Assembly (NCBI GenBank): GCA_947628225.1
Contig: CANQYY010000006.1
Location: forward strand, 22,378-86,377
Direction of reading: 5' to 3'
Length of the DNA stretch: 64,000 bases
Source of the DNA: an uncultured Lachnospiraceae bacterium
Lineage (GTDB): Bacteria > Bacillota > Clostridia > Lachnospirales > Lachnospiraceae
This document shows, in pieces, positions 37,726 through 46,335 of the stretch. The notes below the pieces were generated by a model. The model ran no database searches, had not been told where the DNA came from, and saw only the letters and a list, made by a program, of their open reading frames with translations. Every line of letters begins with the position of its first letter. Within the stretch, counting starts at the first letter, position 1. Both the position numbers and the translations under genes were made by a program.

Positions 37726-38694
37726 TTACTTATCCACCTTTAAACATTTCATCAGTACCTTTTGTTCTTCCATATGCAATTTTTGCATACAAATTATAAT
37801 CTCCAAGATTTTCTCCCTTTTATTCTGCACTGAGTATTTAACTGCCCGCAGCCAAAGTTCATTCCATTTTTTTATTACCGCATAATATAGTTCTCTCACA
37901 TCAACTGGGAAATATATATGATTCTGTAATATATAAAACAGCATTTCTCTGCTTTTCAAAAAACCCATAATTTTTATTGAATAAAACGTTTCCTGTATCA
38001 GGGCAGAAAAATATTGATTTTGTTCAATTTGGTGCTGCAATTCTTTTAAAAAGCAAGTTACCGCCTTATAACCCCGACAAGAATTTCCTGTCAAATATTC
38101 CATTAGCATTTTCTTTAATAAATCCAATTTCATTTCTTCTTCCATAACCAGTTTCGTTTCCTTTGCTCCCTCTGGTTTCTTAATAAGAAAATATTCATAA
38201 CCCATTTTTTTCCACGCTTTAAGCAAATTACTTTTTGAGAAAGAACACTGATATACTTTCCGGGTTCCAAATGTTATATAACCATCACTAATATAATACT
38301 CTGTTGAATCTAAACCAAGAATATTGATATAGTGCGGAGCGCCCACTGATTTAACAAATACTGGATTATAAGTTAGCAGCTGTGACCACGCACATATACT
38401 TACCAATGCTTCTTCTTTAATAAAACATTCCAGACTTCTCTTTGCTTTTCTACTTTTTCCTAATCGCTCTCTTACATAGGATATATTCATTTTATCAAGA
38501 TACGCAAATCCACTATGTATTAAACCAGTTGATATGTTATAAGATGCCGGATGATACTCATGGGCAAAACCATTCCCATACAAAAAGATTTCTTCTGTCA
38601 AATCTTTCCCATAAATATGATGTAGTGAGTTATTAATACAAGACAAGATACACTCATTCCCCGAAATTGTATGGTAATCCTGATTAATCAGCAT
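37726..38694 (-). CDS. BtrH-family papain-like protein with intact Cys-His-Asp triad
   Basis: NECILSCINN (Cys15), APHYINILGLD (His), YYISDGY (Asp); EEIFLYG segment typical of the BtrH N-terminal domain. Confidence 0.75.
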   Translation of the reverse strand: MLINQDYHTISGNECILSCINNSLHHIYGKDLTEEIFLYGNGFAHEYHPASYNISTGLIHSGFAYLDKMNISYVRERLGKSRKAKRSLECFIKEEALVSICAWSQLLTYNPVFVKSVGAPHYINILGLDSTEYYISDGYITFGTRKVYQCSFSKSNLLKAWKKMGYEYFLIKKPEGAKETKLVMEEEMKLDLLKKMLMEYLTGNSCRGYKAVTCFLKELQHQIEQNQYFSALIQETFYSIKIMGFLKSREMLFYILQNHIYFPVDVRELYYAVIKKWNELWLRAVKYSVQNKREKILEIIICMQKLHMEEQKVLMKCLKVDK

Positions 38695-38729
38695 AGAAAC
38701 TTCTCCTCCATCATTGTAGCAACATACTA

Positions 38730-38924
38730 TTATAATAAAATATATACATATAATCCCATCTTATCCTTGGCCGCATACCTGTTTGTGCTATCCTTATTGT
38801 ATACCTTAGGCTCCAGCATAAAACATGTTGCAGTCATTTCAGATGTAACTATATCCGTAAAACTTTCTGGCAAAACAACTCTTTTATCGATTATTAGATC
38901 TTTCACTTCTTTCCCCTCAAGCAC
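38730..38924 (-). CDS. Small hypothetical ORF (64 aa)
   Basis: GTG start with gaggaa upstream; fills the gap between the lipoprotein and BtrH-like genes. Confidence 0.35.
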   Translation of the reverse strand: MLEGKEVKDLIIDKRVVLPESFTDIVTSEMTATCFMLEPKVYNKDSTNRYAAKDKMGLYVYILL

Positions 38925-39017
38925 TTGTTATATTCCTCTTTCGCCACTTAAAAAATATCTCTTGTCCTCCTCAAAAATAGAACAAGTATTTTTTTACATT
39001 ACATTTTTCCATATTTC

Positions 39018-40034
39018 TCACGTAATCGTTATCCTGAACAGTGAAATTTCACTCTCGTTCTGCACGACACAATAATATGTGTCTTCATCATACTGCACTG
39101 TGTAGATTACATCTTCATACTCATCAAAAATTGATACCAAACCGCTTTCTCCCACAATTTGTTTTACAGAATCCCCTTCTACCCGAAAAATGCCTTTTGA
39201 TGATATCATGTAGGCTGAACCATCCACGGTTTTTCCAATATTCCATAAATACAGGCTCTCTTTCTCTGCAAACTCATAATCAAACGTCACCATTTTCTGC
39301 GGTATATTTTCCATGAAATTTCTGAATTGTATCGCACATGTTGTATCATTGAATTTGTAAGGGTATACAAACTGATTCTCCAAAACACAGAGGCTGTATA
39401 GTGATATACTGGTATCTATGCTAGCTGGTACCTTTGTCTTCAGTGTTTCTCCATTCCGGAAATCAATGCACCGGATCTCTGTTTTCGTGTCCTCTTCCAC
39501 TGCAATTAAAAATTTCCCATTGTCCATGAGGAGAAAGGACGTTACCTCTTCCTGTGCGGAAATCCATTTGTTCTCACTATCCAGCTTTGTCAACTGACCG
39601 TCTACACTAATCTGGTATATGGTTCGTTTGGCATTTTCCTTATATTCCTCTCCGAGAAAATATATATTTCCTCCGGCATCCTGCTGATAATTGCCAATAA
39701 AATTTACATTTGCTTTTTTTAACTGGCTATTTCCGGCAAATTCCTCCTGCGTCCATGTTTCATCCGTCATGTCGTAAGTATACACGATATACTGATAAAT
39801 CTCCCTGGACTTCCGCCCCAGAAAGACGGAATAATATCCCTCCTGAAAGTAGTCAAAGCTGTTCATGTCCGCCGAACCTATTTTCCATTTTCCAAATGTA
39901 AAATCAATCTGCTCGACTGCACACTCCGGATTTTGTTTTAGTGTTTCCTCAGTTTTTTGTTCCTCCTGCCCACAAGCATTCAACAGAAACATACTTAATA
40001 ACAGCATTGCAAAAAAAATTCTCTTTTTTTTCAT
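39018..40034 (-). CDS. Lipoprotein, beta-rich (propeller-like), function unknown
   Basis: MKKKRIFFAMLLLSMFLLNAC lipobox; gggag RBS before ATG at 40034. Confidence 0.8.
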   Translation of the reverse strand: MKKKRIFFAMLLLSMFLLNACGQEEQKTEETLKQNPECAVEQIDFTFGKWKIGSADMNSFDYFQEGYYSVFLGRKSREIYQYIVYTYDMTDETWTQEEFAGNSQLKKANVNFIGNYQQDAGGNIYFLGEEYKENAKRTIYQISVDGQLTKLDSENKWISAQEEVTSFLLMDNGKFLIAVEEDTKTEIRCIDFRNGETLKTKVPASIDTSISLYSLCVLENQFVYPYKFNDTTCAIQFRNFMENIPQKMVTFDYEFAEKESLYLWNIGKTVDGSAYMISSKGIFRVEGDSVKQIVGESGLVSIFDEYEDVIYTVQYDEDTYYCVVQNESEISLFRITIT

Positions 40035-40066
40035 TGATTTCGTCTCCCATACAACTAATATTAAAG

Positions 40067-40486
40067 AATAAAGCAAATAACTACTAAAATTATAATTTAT
40101 GTATCGTATTACTTACAAAAATACTGCCCTTCAGCATCTAAATCAGATGCTTTTAAACCTGCTTTTAAAATATCATAATCCGCTGTACAAAGTTCTTTCT
40201 CTGAATAACCTCTTCTGCTATTAGTTTCTAATATCCTCTGATCTGACTTTCCTTTGTGTTTCCACAAAGTAACATACAAACTTGTATGCCAAAATGATGT
40301 CCGTGTCACACCCCAATATAAATTGTTTTTATGATTTACCCAAGCGTAACAAGACTGGTATGCCGCTCTTACCTCTTGATGTGACGATATCGTTCCAGAA
40401 AGAATCAGAATCAATGCTATCGCATAAATTTTTCTCTTCAGCTTCAACCATCTCCTTTTTTATTAATAATAGTTATTTGCTTTATT
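40067..40486. repeat. Perfect 17-bp inverted repeat pair flanking one gene
   Basis: aataaagcaaataacta at 40067-40083 and tagttatttgctttatt at 40470-40486. Confidence 0.9.
40109..40447 (-). CDS. Small secreted protein (112 aa, about 84 aa mature, 3 Cys)
   Basis: TTG start after aaaggag; basic N-region, hydrophobic core, EVRA|A cleavage site. Confidence 0.75.
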   Translation of the reverse strand: MKLKRKIYAIALILILSGTISSHQEVRAAYQSCYAWVNHKNNLYWGVTRTSFWHTSLYVTLWKHKGKSDQRILETNSRRGYSEKELCTADYDILKAGLKASDLDAEGQYFCK

Positions 40487-40533
40487 TACATTGCGACATC
40501 TATTCTCCGCTTAACTGACCAGCAAGACATTAA

Positions 40534-41775
40534 TTACACCTCACGCTTCTCTTTTACCTCACTCACAAAATACTTTAGTTTTCCATTTTCTTCATTTGGA
40601 AAAAATTCCTGATAAAAATTAAATTGGAAATAACTTTTAATTATTTCTTCCTGTTCTATATTATCCATAAATAATTTCTTTATCTGTTCCTGCACATTTT
40701 CATTAATAACAAGATTGACAGCAAAATATTCATAATCTTTTTGTACTATTTGAAATTGACAAACAGGATAGTCAAGCTGTTGGTTGATATTTTCTATTGC
40801 TCTCACAAAAATATAAGGAGTAATTTTAACCCCGGCTTTTGTATATATCCAATCATTATCACGCCCGGAAGTAAGGGTTATGCATATTCCTTCGACCCCA
40901 CACTGGCATTTTCTTTTATATCGAATTCCAACATCCCCGATTTTATAACGAATTAGCGGCATAGCTTTATTTTGAAGTGAAGTAACACAGATTGTTCCCT
41001 CTCTACCATCTGGCAGTACGTTATTTCCCGAGTCAAGAATCTCTACATGTACATTACTCTCCATGCAATGAAGCGTTCCATATGGACATTCATATGCTAT
41101 AGAGTTAACCTCATTTGCACCATATTGATTTGCTATTTTTGTATTGGGAAAAGCTTTCTGTATTTTCATTCTGGTAGAAGGCCATAACATCTCGCCACTC
41201 AATTCTATATATTGTAATGACGAAATTTTCTTTACGTTTTCCTCTTCTACTATTTCTGACAGTAACACAGCCAAGCTTGGCTGTAATAACATCCATTTAG
41301 GGGAAAAATCTACAATTTCATTATAAATATCCAGTAATTTCCCCCAATTCAAATTATTCTTACAAAAACCAATTCGCCTCTCAAATACTTCTTTTTCCTT
41401 ATTGTTTTTGCCATTCCCGCGTGAAGTATAAAAATAGGCATATCTGTCATCTGGCTCAATATTATAAAATTTTTTACGAAGATACCATAACTGCAATAGA
41501 GAATATATACATTCCGCCCTATCCCAAAATATTTCCATGCATTCCCCTGTAGAGCCTGATGTATAATATTCCAAAAGTTGTCCCCGCATTTGTTTAATAA
41601 TATATGCCGGAGCCAACAATTGACCAATATTGCGAATTGCAGCCTGTTTTGTCAAAATTGGTACTTGTTTAAAATCTATTTGTTCCAAATCCATAGTACA
41701 ATTTTGCGCTAGTTCCATATAATATGGAACATTTTTATACGCATATTGTACCATCTCCAGAACTTCCTTTTTCAT
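40534..41775 (-). CDS. Phenylacetate-CoA ligase (PaaK/CapK)-like adenylate-forming enzyme
   Basis: YAYKNVPYY, TSGSTG, QYGANE...IAYEC, RYKIGDVG, GRDND. Confidence 0.85.
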   Translation of the reverse strand: MKKEVLEMVQYAYKNVPYYMELAQNCTMDLEQIDFKQVPILTKQAAIRNIGQLLAPAYIIKQMRGQLLEYYTSGSTGECMEIFWDRAECIYSLLQLWYLRKKFYNIEPDDRYAYFYTSRGNGKNNKEKEVFERRIGFCKNNLNWGKLLDIYNEIVDFSPKWMLLQPSLAVLLSEIVEEENVKKISSLQYIELSGEMLWPSTRMKIQKAFPNTKIANQYGANEVNSIAYECPYGTLHCMESNVHVEILDSGNNVLPDGREGTICVTSLQNKAMPLIRYKIGDVGIRYKRKCQCGVEGICITLTSGRDNDWIYTKAGVKITPYIFVRAIENINQQLDYPVCQFQIVQKDYEYFAVNLVINENVQEQIKKLFMDNIEQEEIIKSYFQFNFYQEFFPNEENGKLKYFVSEVKEKREV

Positions 41776-42004
41776 TTACAGTCACCTTCTCCAAATATAT
41801 AGCCAGTTTTCCAAATGAATTTAAATTAGTAACAAATTCTGTTATATCTGGTATTTCAAATCCCAAACGCTCTTCCAGCATACTGATTATATTAATAATA
41901 GCAACAGAGTCTAAACCGAACTCATCAATCATATCTGTTTCATCCGTTATATCGTCTGTACATTCACCCAGAGTTTCCAGACATTCCTTGATTATTTCCC
42001 GCAT
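41735..42004 (-). CDS. Acyl carrier protein
   Basis: EFGLDSVAIINIISMLEE phosphopantetheine motif; acidic. Confidence 0.9.
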   Translation of the reverse strand: MREIIKECLETLGECTDDITDETDMIDEFGLDSVAIINIISMLEERLGFEIPDITEFVTNLNSFGKLAIYLEKVTVNEKGSSGDGTICV

Positions 42005-43412
42005 TTATATCTCCTTCGCAATACTTTAGCATTGTAGTATAACAAATTTTTCCATTTTTCTTTCGAAACAAATCTAAATTTGTCTGTATCCATATAAAAT
42101 CCGTTTTCAATACCCCTATTTCTTTAATCATATTGTGCAATACTCCCTTATTCAGTTCTTCTTCATATACACAATATATTTTTTTATTATCTGAAACGCA
42201 ATAAACTTCTCTTTCGCTAAACTCCGATATGGTTTTCTGTACATACTCCAAATCTATACGCAATCCATATATCTTCGCATATCTTCCTTTTCTTCCCAGC
42301 AAGTAAAAAATATCGTCCTCATCAAAATACCCAACGTCTCCTGTATTCAATATCCCGTGATTCTCATCCGGTTTTTTTAAATCTTCTCCTGAGTTTGCAT
42401 ATCCTAATGAAACATTCTCTCCCATATATACAATCTCGCCTTTTGTATAGGGCATAAATATTTTTTGGCCATTATTATCATGCAAAGACAATTTCCCATG
42501 AGGAATAGCCTGACCGATACTTCCCTGCTTCAATTCAAAAAGATTTGGATCCAGATAAGCCATTCTTGCTGTCGCCTCTGTCTGTCCATACATAACATAA
42601 AATCTCATGTTGCGGTTTTTCACAATCCTTGAAAAGTATTGCCATGTTTCTTTCTGCATACCTCCCCCTGCCTGTGTCATAACCTCCCAATATGACAATT
42701 CATATTTTTCAAATGGATTTACCTTTCGTATCATATCATAAGTGTATGGAACGCCTGAAACGGAAGTGACTTTAAATTTCTCCATGTTTTCCCAAAAATC
42801 CGGCTGTATTACCATCTTATTATTTATCACAATGGAAGCTCCCGCAAACAAGTAAGTGTTAATAATTGATAATCCAAATGAATAATTCATAGGTAGCGTC
42901 GTTATTGTTCTATGACTACTTCGAATCTGAAGATACTTCACAATATCTCTAGTATTAGCCGCCAGATTTCGATAACTAATTCTAACGAATTTACACGATC
43001 CGGTAGTCCCCGATGTTGGTAACAATAACGCTAGCTCATCTGATAATTTCCATGTTCTGCGATTTATGCTGCGAAATAGTTTATATTCCTTGTTTTGCCA
43101 CAAAATTTCGTAGTCATCCACTCGTCTATCCGCTGAACTCCACAAATATTCCGGCCTATATTTTTCTATCAAGTTAAATAAATCAATTTGCGGAATTTCA
43201 TTAGGCAACATGGCAACCACTATATGATTTTTAATTGATGAAAGATATGCAACCAGACTTTCAATACTATTATCGGCAAGAACAAATAATAGTGAGCGAT
43301 GAGAGCTTATCCTTTTGTAAAATCTTTTTTCTAACTCAGTAAGCCGTTGATATGTAACAGGTTCACCATCCTCTCTATATATCGCAACTGTTTGATTATC
43401 TGCAAATCTCAT
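41964..43412 (-). CDS. Acyl-CoA synthetase/AMP-dependent acyl ligase
   Basis: LPTSGTTG, YGQTEATARM, LNTGDVG, GRKGRYAKIYGLRIDL, NGKI. Confidence 0.9.
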   Translation of the reverse strand: MRFADNQTVAIYREDGEPVTYQRLTELEKRFYKRISSHRSLLFVLADNSIESLVAYLSSIKNHIVVAMLPNEIPQIDLFNLIEKYRPEYLWSSADRRVDDYEILWQNKEYKLFRSINRRTWKLSDELALLLPTSGTTGSCKFVRISYRNLAANTRDIVKYLQIRSSHRTITTLPMNYSFGLSIINTYLFAGASIVINNKMVIQPDFWENMEKFKVTSVSGVPYTYDMIRKVNPFEKYELSYWEVMTQAGGGMQKETWQYFSRIVKNRNMRFYVMYGQTEATARMAYLDPNLFELKQGSIGQAIPHGKLSLHDNNGQKIFMPYTKGEIVYMGENVSLGYANSGEDLKKPDENHGILNTGDVGYFDEDDIFYLLGRKGRYAKIYGLRIDLEYVQKTISEFSEREVYCVSDNKKIYCVYEEELNKGVLHNMIKEIGVLKTDFIWIQTNLDLFRKKNGKICYTTMLKYCEGDINAGNNQGMSGNSG

Positions 43413-43615
43413 TGTTGTATAAATCCGTTACTGTTTCAATTATCTAATCTCATCCTATATGGTATATTATAAAATCTTTTTCTTTTTCCTACAGTAACTT
43501 TTTCCTTTCTTATTATTTTTTATTTTTCTGTAATAATTTTTTTAAAAATTAATGAATTTTTGATTTATAATACAAATTTTAACATAATATTCCAATTACT
43601 TCAATGCTTTATTTC

Positions 43616-45100
43616 TTGAATTTCCACAATTTTATTCACAGACCCTCATTTTTATGGTTCTCTTTATAAACAACTTCCAAAAAATGACCAAAATATAAGG
43701 AATCTCATTCCTTTTTGATGTAAAATTAAGCTACCAAACAAAAATCTCACTAAACAAAAAGAAAGGGGATTCCTTATATCTGATTTTACATCAAATACTT
43801 ACACTTTGAAACGAAAAATTTTAACTTTTACTAATACCTTTCAAAACCTGAAAGGAAATTCACTGCTGACATTACCTACGGTATGTTAGCTTCCGGAAGC
43901 TGTCTGCTAACTGACGTTTGCGACCAGCTTCACGAAACTTCCCAAAAAATAAATGTTGTAAACCGCTTATCCCGGCATCTTGAAAAAGGTACTCCTGCCT
44001 CTGCAATTTCTGCTTATCTGCAGCAGATGAAAAAATGGATGCCTGCTGAACCTGTGATTTACATTGATGACAGTGATATTGTTAAGCCGGACGGCTATAA
44101 ATTTAAAGCCCTCGGAATTGTCAGGGACAGCTCCGAAAGTACTTCCACGAAAAATGTTTACAAAAAAGACTACCATGTAACGGAATCCTGTGTCCTTACT
44201 TCCGGTAACCATCCCGTTAGCATTTTTTCTAAAATACACTCTTCTCAGGAAAAAGATTATAAGTCTGCAAATACCATTACCTTTCAAGCCATGGAGCAGG
44301 GAGCTGCTCTCTTTGGAAAAGCGACTTTTGCCATGAACAGAGGTTACGACGATAATAAGATGTTTCTGAAGCTGGATGACCTTAACCAGGATTACGTTAT
44401 CCGTTTGAAATCCAACCGCAAGCTTTTGTACCACAACAAATGGATAACGGCTGCAGAACCTCGTAACCGCAGAAAAGGCAAAATTAAAACAAATGTTTTT
44501 TACAAAGGCAAAGACCATCAAGCTTACATTTCCCATGTCAAAGTGCAGATTACTGCATCCAGAAAAGATATTTATCTGGTGCTTGTTTATGGCATTACCG
44601 AACACCTGATGAGGCTTGCAACCAATAAAGAAATCAAATCCAAAGATGATGTAATCCGGGTGGCAAGGACTTACTTCTCACGTTGGCGCATTGAAGAATA
44701 TTTCCGCTGCAAAAAGCAGATGTTCCAGTTTAAGAACTTTCGTGTGCGTAAGCTGAAATCAATGTCCTTAAGGTTTCCATCATAAAGGCGGCAGACCCTG
44801 TAAAGGAAAAAGTATCTTTCTTCTATTACCGGTTGGCAAAAGACATTTCGGGCATACTTTCTTATGCAAAAGAGGGCGTCAGGCTCTGGTTCTGGACAAA
44901 AGTCTGGCATACCGTCAACTATGCCTTAAGCTGGTCACTTAAACAGATAAATGAATAATTCTTCCAAAGTCCGGTTTCGGGGGGGACTTATTAAAGTGCC
45001 TCTATTCTCGGTACTGCTATTCTGAAGCTCTCAAAAAAGCGACAGATTGGTACTTTGAAAAGTTATATGCATTTTGGAATTGCATTTTGCGAAAACTCAA
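43616..45100 (+). mobile_element. Degenerate IS4-family insertion sequence (about 1.5 kb)
   Basis: Imperfect terminal IRs ttgaatttccaca (43616) and tgcgaaaactcaa (to 45100), 10/13 match; degenerate flanking repeats ctttatttc / atttattta. Confidence 0.75.
43777..44941 (+). pseudogene. IS4-family DDE transposase pseudogene
   Basis: YIDDSD and YFSRWRIEEYFRCKK motifs present. Expected ATG reads ATA, frameshifts near 43840 and 44760, and the second catalytic motif reads NRGYD instead of DRGYD. Confidence 0.88.
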
Positions 45101-45365
45101 ATTTATTTACTCGAGGATAAGGTAAATTTACCGCAGGAAAACATGGCACTGCTACTGTATATCACTTCTTCGCAACCCAATGCCTTTGGAAGTGCCCCCT
45201 TTTCATGCAGAAATGTTGTATACTGTTATTCATAAAAAGCACCTTCTTTGCGTAGATTTTTGTGTGCAACTTAATCATAACACAAAGTTGGTGCTCTCTT
45301 CCTCTGTCCTTTGTTTATTTTTCCTACAAAGACTTTACCCTAGCTAAATCTTCCCTGCCGTCTTG

Positions 45366-46247
45366 TTATATTTTCTTATATTCCTGCCGCACCCGGGTAT
45401 AAAAAGTACGCACCGCCGGCGCCATGTTTTCCGGGTTTAAAGTGGCAATCCCGATGATCCGGTAAGCATCCGGCCTTACCGGATAACAGTCTACCTCATA
45501 AGGGATATCCTTCATCACCATTTCCGGCATCAGGCAGATGCCAAACCCGCTTGCCACCATGGCAATAGTAGACAAATCGTCCACCACATGATAATTTGAC
45601 TGGACATTCAGGTTATTTTCTTTCAGGAAATTTTGTATATCGGCGTCCGTACTTTCCCTCTGGGTTACAAACTGGCAGCCTCTCATTTCCTCAATCCCTA
45701 TCGGCTCCTTGTCTTTTCCCCGCCGCATCCCTTTTGGCACAACGCAAAGCAGCGGGTCCTTATAAAGCGGCTCAATGGGAATATCCTCTGCGCTGGATAC
45801 CGACAAAAAACCCAAATCGACGACGCCGTTTTTTATCCAGTACACAACATCATCATAAGTCCCCTGAAAAATTTCAATCCGGATCCCCGGATATTCCTTT
45901 TGAAAAGAATGTATAAGATCCGGCAGCCAGTTCGTGCATACGCTGGAAAAACACCCTACCTTTACCTGTCCCTGCTGTAATCCGTTAAACTCGGCAATAG
46001 CCTGATGTAAACTCTCATCGCTGTTCAGAACCGCATTGACATAGGGAATCAGCTGCTCTCCGTAGTTGGTCAGGGTCACGCCGTTTTTCCCCCGGTTGAG
46101 TACGGAAAAGCCGAGTTCCTGCTCCAGAGAGGATATGGCATGGCTGATGGCAGAGGGCGTCAGCCCCAAAAGATCTGCCGCCTTGCGGAAGCTCCCCTGC
46201 TCGGCTACGGTTTTTAACGCCTGATAGGTTAGTAATGTCATCCTCAT
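45366..46247 (-). CDS. LysR-family transcriptional regulator
   Basis: GSFRKAADLLGLTPSAISHAISSLE HTH plus substrate-binding domain. Confidence 0.95.
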   Translation of the reverse strand: MRMTLLTYQALKTVAEQGSFRKAADLLGLTPSAISHAISSLEQELGFSVLNRGKNGVTLTNYGEQLIPYVNAVLNSDESLHQAIAEFNGLQQGQVKVGCFSSVCTNWLPDLIHSFQKEYPGIRIEIFQGTYDDVVYWIKNGVVDLGFLSVSSAEDIPIEPLYKDPLLCVVPKGMRRGKDKEPIGIEEMRGCQFVTQRESTDADIQNFLKENNLNVQSNYHVVDDLSTIAMVASGFGICLMPEMVMKDIPYEVDCYPVRPDAYRIIGIATLNPENMAPAVRTFYTRVRQEYKKI

Positions 46248-46335
46248 TCCTCCTGATCCTTATTATTCCGCATCCTGTATTTTTCTCCAAAATGGAAAAA
46301 GGCCCCGGAATATATCAGAGCCTTTTTCTTCTTTT

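Noticed and set aside
40109-40447. Assignment of the small secreted protein to the lactococcin 972 family
   Set aside because: No recognisable family motif, and the usual multi-TM immunity and ABC ATPase genes are absent.
43967-44605. 212-aa minus-strand ORF
   Set aside because: Antisense shadow of the IS4 transposase.
32905-45335. Possible att direct repeats bounding the AT-rich island (tttccacaagact versus tttcctacaaagact)
   Set aside because: Short, gapped and low-complexity; no integrase or tRNA target nearby.
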